A stretch of DNA of 64,000 bases from an uncultured Verrucomicrobiae bacterium. GTDB lineage: Bacteria; Verrucomicrobiota; Verrucomicrobiia; Chthoniobacterales; JAFAMB01. Location of the stretch: positions 1,472,001-1,536,000 of the forward strand of contig CAWIPH010000002.1 of assembly GCA_963837955.1 (NCBI GenBank), given 5' to 3'. The notes below the pieces were generated by a model. It had not been told where the DNA came from. It saw nothing but the letters and a program-made list of their open reading frames with translations, and did no database searches. Below are positions 60,352 through 64,000 of this stretch, piece after piece (position 1 is the stretch's first letter; each line of letters begins with the position of its first letter). Both the position numbers and the translations under genes were made by a program.

Positions 60352-62148
60352 ATGAAACCGGAATTCATTGTCCTGGCGCTGATTCTGTTCGGCGCTCTTT
60401 ATCTCTTCTGGACGCAGAGATTGCGAACAGACATCACGGCTCTTCTCGTGATGTTGTTTCTCGCTCTTCCCTGGCCACGACCGGACGGTAAATGGTCAGG
60501 CATCCTGAGCCCGCAGGAGGCGTTCTCCGGCTTTGGCAGCGTAGCGGTGATCATGGTCACAGCCATGTTTGTGTTTAGCGCGGCTATCGTCCGCACAGGT
60601 GCCGCCGAAATGATCGGTGGGCGTCTGTTCAGAGCCTGTGCCCACAACGAACTGCTACTTCAGGTCGCGATACTGTTTTTGGCCAGTGCCTGTTCCATGT
60701 TCATCAATGAGACGACTATAGTTCTCGTTTTCATGCCGGTCATTCTGGGGGTTTGCAAGGAACGCAATCTTTCACCCTCGCGCTACCTGCTCTGTGCCGC
60801 TTATGGCGCGGCACTCGGCGGTCAATGGACGCTAATCGGCACACGCAGCAATATCATTGTGAGCGAGCTTCTCCGCCAACGAACGGACCACGCAATTAAC
60901 TTCTTCGATTTTGCGCCGGTTGCCGCGGTCGTCTTTGGGGGCTGTGCCACCTATTTCTTTCTGGTCGGACGCAGATTTTTGCCGAAAGGCGAGATGCAAT
61001 CGCTGGAGCAGGAACTCGGCAAAGAGTATCTGACCGAGGTGATGGTTACGCCCCAATCGACCACCGTCGGACTAACCCTCGACCAGCTAGACTGGGCCAA
61101 GCGGCAAAATGTAATCATTGTCGGCGTCATTCGCGATGGCGAACAGTTGCCACCCAACGGTTGGATGAAATTGCATGCTGGCGACGCGCTTATTATGCAA
61201 GGTGCTGTACCGACGATCGGCAGCCTCCTCAAATCCCCCGATTTCCAATTCATGGAGGAGGTCAAGATCGGCGAGAAGACACTGCGGAGCCTGGACCTTA
61301 TTACCGTTGAAGCTTTGCTCTCCCCGAACTCCAGGTACACCGGGCGCACCATGCAGGAGACTAATTTCGGCCGTGATTATGGTTTCAGCGTGCTTGGCAT
61401 TTCGCGGCACGGGCAAACCATTCAAGAACGGCCATCTGCCACCCGACTCGAGTATGGCGATTCTCTTCTCTTGCTCGGCCACAACTCGAACCTCGAACGT
61501 CTCGAACGCAATCCAAATCTGATTGTGCTGAGCCAACGACCCTTTCCGACCGCGGGCAAAAGGCAAGCGATCATCACGATGTTGATCCTGGGCTGTATCA
61601 TCTTGACGGCGATCACTGGTGTTCTTCCGCCGGCACTCTCCATCCCGCTAGCTGCCGTCGCCGTGCTGTTACTGGGATGTGTGAAAGTGACTGACACCTA
61701 CAAGTCAGTCGACTGGCAAGCCGTTGCGACCGTCGGTGGAATGATCTCGCTTGGTCTCGCGCTGGAAAAAACGGGTGCCGCTGGAGTTTTGGCTCACGCC
61801 GTGGTCACTAATTTTCAATGGGGCGGCGCGAATTTGATTTTTTGCGCCTTGCTGGCGATGACAGTTGCACTGACTCAAATAATCGAAAACGCTGCGGTTG
61901 CCATTATTCTGGCGCCGATTGCGTACCAAATCGCCCGCGAGGCCCACGCGGATCCAAAGGCTTTCCTGATAGGATTAGCAATTTGTATCTCGACGTCGTT
62001 TTGCACGCCCGTCGCCCACGAGACCACGATGCTGGTGACGGGTCCTGGCCGCTATCGCTTCAAGGATTACCTTACCATCGGGACCGGAATGGCCATCATC
62101 GCCTGGCTGGTCACCACGATCGTGACACCGATGATTTGGAAGTTTTGA
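60352..62148 (+). CDS. SLC13/CitMHS-type permease with two TrkA-C domains
   Basis: SMFINET, GGQWTLIGTRSN, central RCK_C pair, SFCTPVAH, GPGRYRFKDY. Confidence 0.9.
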   Translation: MKPEFIVLALILFGALYLFWTQRLRTDITALLVMLFLALPWPRPDGKWSGILSPQEAFSGFGSVAVIMVTAMFVFSAAIVRTGAAEMIGGRLFRACAHNELLLQVAILFLASACSMFINETTIVLVFMPVILGVCKERNLSPSRYLLCAAYGAALGGQWTLIGTRSNIIVSELLRQRTDHAINFFDFAPVAAVVFGGCATYFFLVGRRFLPKGEMQSLEQELGKEYLTEVMVTPQSTTVGLTLDQLDWAKRQNVIIVGVIRDGEQLPPNGWMKLHAGDALIMQGAVPTIGSLLKSPDFQFMEEVKIGEKTLRSLDLITVEALLSPNSRYTGRTMQETNFGRDYGFSVLGISRHGQTIQERPSATRLEYGDSLLLLGHNSNLERLERNPNLIVLSQRPFPTAGKRQAIITMLILGCIILTAITGVLPPALSIPLAAVAVLLLGCVKVTDTYKSVDWQAVATVGGMISLGLALEKTGAAGVLAHAVVTNFQWGGANLIFCALLAMTVALTQIIENAAVAIILAPIAYQIAREAHADPKAFLIGLAICISTSFCTPVAHETTMLVTGPGRYRFKDYLTIGTGMAIIAWLVTTIVTPMIWKF

Positions 62149-62316
62149 TTCGGCGCGAATGACCTCACGCAAAGACGCAAAGGATGGGAAGATTACCGTG
62201 CCCTGGATCCGGCGCGTTGAAACTTGTTTTCCGATTGAGGAGCAAGATCTCAAAACGCAAATCGACCAAAGAAGGCCGAAGGGGTCTCCCGGCCAGTAAA
62301 GGGCCTTACTGGCCGT

Positions 62317-62562
62317 TCAAAAGTTCCCAGCTAGTTGGGCTAATCCTCGGAGAAACTGGAATCCGCCGAATACGATCGCTCCCCAAGCAACGATATAGTG
62401 CCCTCCTCCGGAAGCTGCCTGGTATGTCAGAACTGTGACGAGAGTGCCGCCAATGCACCAGATAGCCCCTATCACGATATTCTTTTTGGCGACCTCCCGG
62501 TTAGCCTTCTTCCCCAATTCGAATATGTTTTTGCCTGCTGTTTTTTCTGCTTCGTTGTTCAT
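62317..62562 (-). CDS. Small two-TM membrane protein
   Basis: GAIWCIGG.LVT..TY...GG.Y.VAWGAIVFGG.QF.RG. Confidence 0.75.
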   Translation of the reverse strand: MNNEAEKTAGKNIFELGKKANREVAKKNIVIGAIWCIGGTLVTVLTYQAASGGGHYIVAWGAIVFGGFQFLRGLAQLAGNF

Positions 62563-62801
62563 ACTTCAGCTCTTAAGGAAGAGTGCAACGTGTGTGACAG
62601 ACTCATTCTCGCTCTAGGCTCGAATGAAATAGCAGATAGCAAATAGCAGATAGCAAATCGTCGTCGTCCTCGGATGGAACGCTAGCCCGCCCAGCGTCGG
62701 TAGGGCGAAAATTTATTTGAGCCGGGAACCCCTGCGGCTCACGCAGACAGAAACATCATGAAAATCATGAAATCTTCGGACTGATTTGGTACCGTGCGTT
62801 C

Positions 62802-63626
62802 ATGGCTGGTTCGATCCCCCCGCAAGCGGAGCTCGAAAAAACCTATAACGCGGCGGCCGATCATTACGATCTACCTCCGCTTTCGTTCTGGGATTGTTAC
62901 GGCCGGCGGACCGTCGATCGTCTCCCACTCGCTCCTGGCATGGCCGTTCTTGATGTTTGTTGTGGAATGGGCGGGTCCGCCATTCCGGCCGCCGAACGGG
63001 TCGGACCAACTGGTCAGGTTATCGCTGTCGACCTCGCCGAGAAGCTCTTAAATAAAGGATCCCGAAGAGCCGCCGAACAAGGTCTGTTAAATATCGACTT
63101 TCGCCGCGCCGACCTGGCAAGCCTGCCATTCCCCGATCGAATGTTCGATGCCGTACTCTGTATCTTTGGAATCTTTTTCGTCCCAGATTTGCGGGGAGCG
63201 ATTCGAGAGCTGTGGCGGCTTGTCCGCCCGAGCGGGGTGCTTGCCATCACGATTTGGGGTCGCGGCCTATTCGAACCGGCTGACGGCATCTTCTGGGAAG
63301 CAGTTCGCCGGGAGGACCCGGAGCTTTTCGGATCAATCAAACCATGGAGCAAGATTTTTGAGCCCGAGCCGCTCTGCGCGCTCCTGTGCGAGTGCGGCGT
63401 CACCGACCCGGAAGCGGTCACCGAAGCAGGATGGCATCCGATTCGAGCGCCCGAAGACTGGTGGACCATCGCCCTCGGCTCCGGTTATCGATCCACCGTC
63501 GACGCTCTATCCCCTCCGGACCGTGAACGAGTCAGAGCTGCATCGATCGAAGGGGTGCGGCTAGCGGAAATTAGACAGCTTCGCACCGATGTGGTGTACG
63601 CCACCGCCCGACGCTCGAATGAATGA
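62802..63626 (+). CDS. Class I SAM-dependent methyltransferase
   Basis: VLDVCCGMG, VDLA, FDAV, LVRPSG. Confidence 0.9.
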   Translation: MAGSIPPQAELEKTYNAAADHYDLPPLSFWDCYGRRTVDRLPLAPGMAVLDVCCGMGGSAIPAAERVGPTGQVIAVDLAEKLLNKGSRRAAEQGLLNIDFRRADLASLPFPDRMFDAVLCIFGIFFVPDLRGAIRELWRLVRPSGVLAITIWGRGLFEPADGIFWEAVRREDPELFGSIKPWSKIFEPEPLCALLCECGVTDPEAVTEAGWHPIRAPEDWWTIALGSGYRSTVDALSPPDRERVRAASIEGVRLAEIRQLRTDVVYATARRSNE

Positions 63627-63846
63627 CCAATGACAGATGACAAAGTTAGCCCATTAGCTGCGTCGTAAACCGCCGCTGGCAATCGTCGTCGTCCTCGGAT
63701 GGAACGCTAGCCCCGCCCAGCGTTGGTAGGGCGAAAATTTATTTGAGCCGGGAACGCCGGAACGCCGGGAACGCCGGCAACACCGAGAACGCCGGGAACG
63801 CCGGCAACGCCGAGAACGCCAAACGCCGAGAACGCCAAACGCTCCG

Positions 63847-64000
63847 TTAATCCCTCGGCGCCATCTCGGCTAACAGCTTCTCATACCGCGGATCTTTCCG
63901 AAGCGGTTCCCAGTACGGGTCGCGCTTTAATTGGCCGTAGAAAATACCACTTGGCAGGTTGGTCAAAGAACTCAATTTCTCAAAGGCTAGGTCCAACTCA
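63847..64000 (-). CDS. C-terminus of a TPR-type protein (partial)
   Basis: ELDLAFEKL...YGQLKRDPYWEPLRKDPRYEKLLAEMAPRD*, a tail typical of TolB-like/TPR adenylate cyclase or kinase proteins. Confidence 0.65.
   Translation of the reverse strand, partial: ELDLAFEKLSSLTNLPSGIFYGQLKRDPYWEPLRKDPRYEKLLAEMAPRD

Noticed and set aside
63847..64000. Suspected sixth frameshift in the terminal partial gene
   Set aside because: Recounting the A4 run at 63941 shows the frame is intact.

Overview
Bacterial chromosomal window, most likely Verrucomicrobiota (Spartobacteria/Chthoniobacterales-like). This is inferred from a TIGR03790 protein, a GloVer-repeat protein, a long prepilin peptidase and the intergenic repeat types. 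Housekeeping genes include recN, gmhA, der, pgsA-like, amidase, CBS-PPase, queG, aroK, csp, purE, sua5, tatD and an M20 peptidase. There are four ABC systems: polar amino acid, sulfate with an Rrf2/CymR-like regulator, Zn/Mn, and sugar. tRNA-Leu(CAA) sits in a rearranged accessory islet with two extra copies of its 3' end. A complete IS186-like IS4 element is inserted in a REP hairpin, and several REP/REPIN, heptamer and nonamer repeat families occupy the intergenic spaces. The best candidate for an undescribed system is 39.3-49.8 kb, a purine/nucleoside scavenging locus with two sigma54-type promoters. It encodes a TonB-dependent receptor, AzgA-type permease, XRE-cupin regulator, adenosine deaminase, ACAD-fold putative monooxygenase and 8-oxoguanine-deaminase-like enzyme. 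It is preceded by a structured non-coding region with a switch-like terminator/antiterminator pairing. Five genes are split by single frameshifts, possibly sequencing indels. All calls come from reading the sequence; no searches were run.
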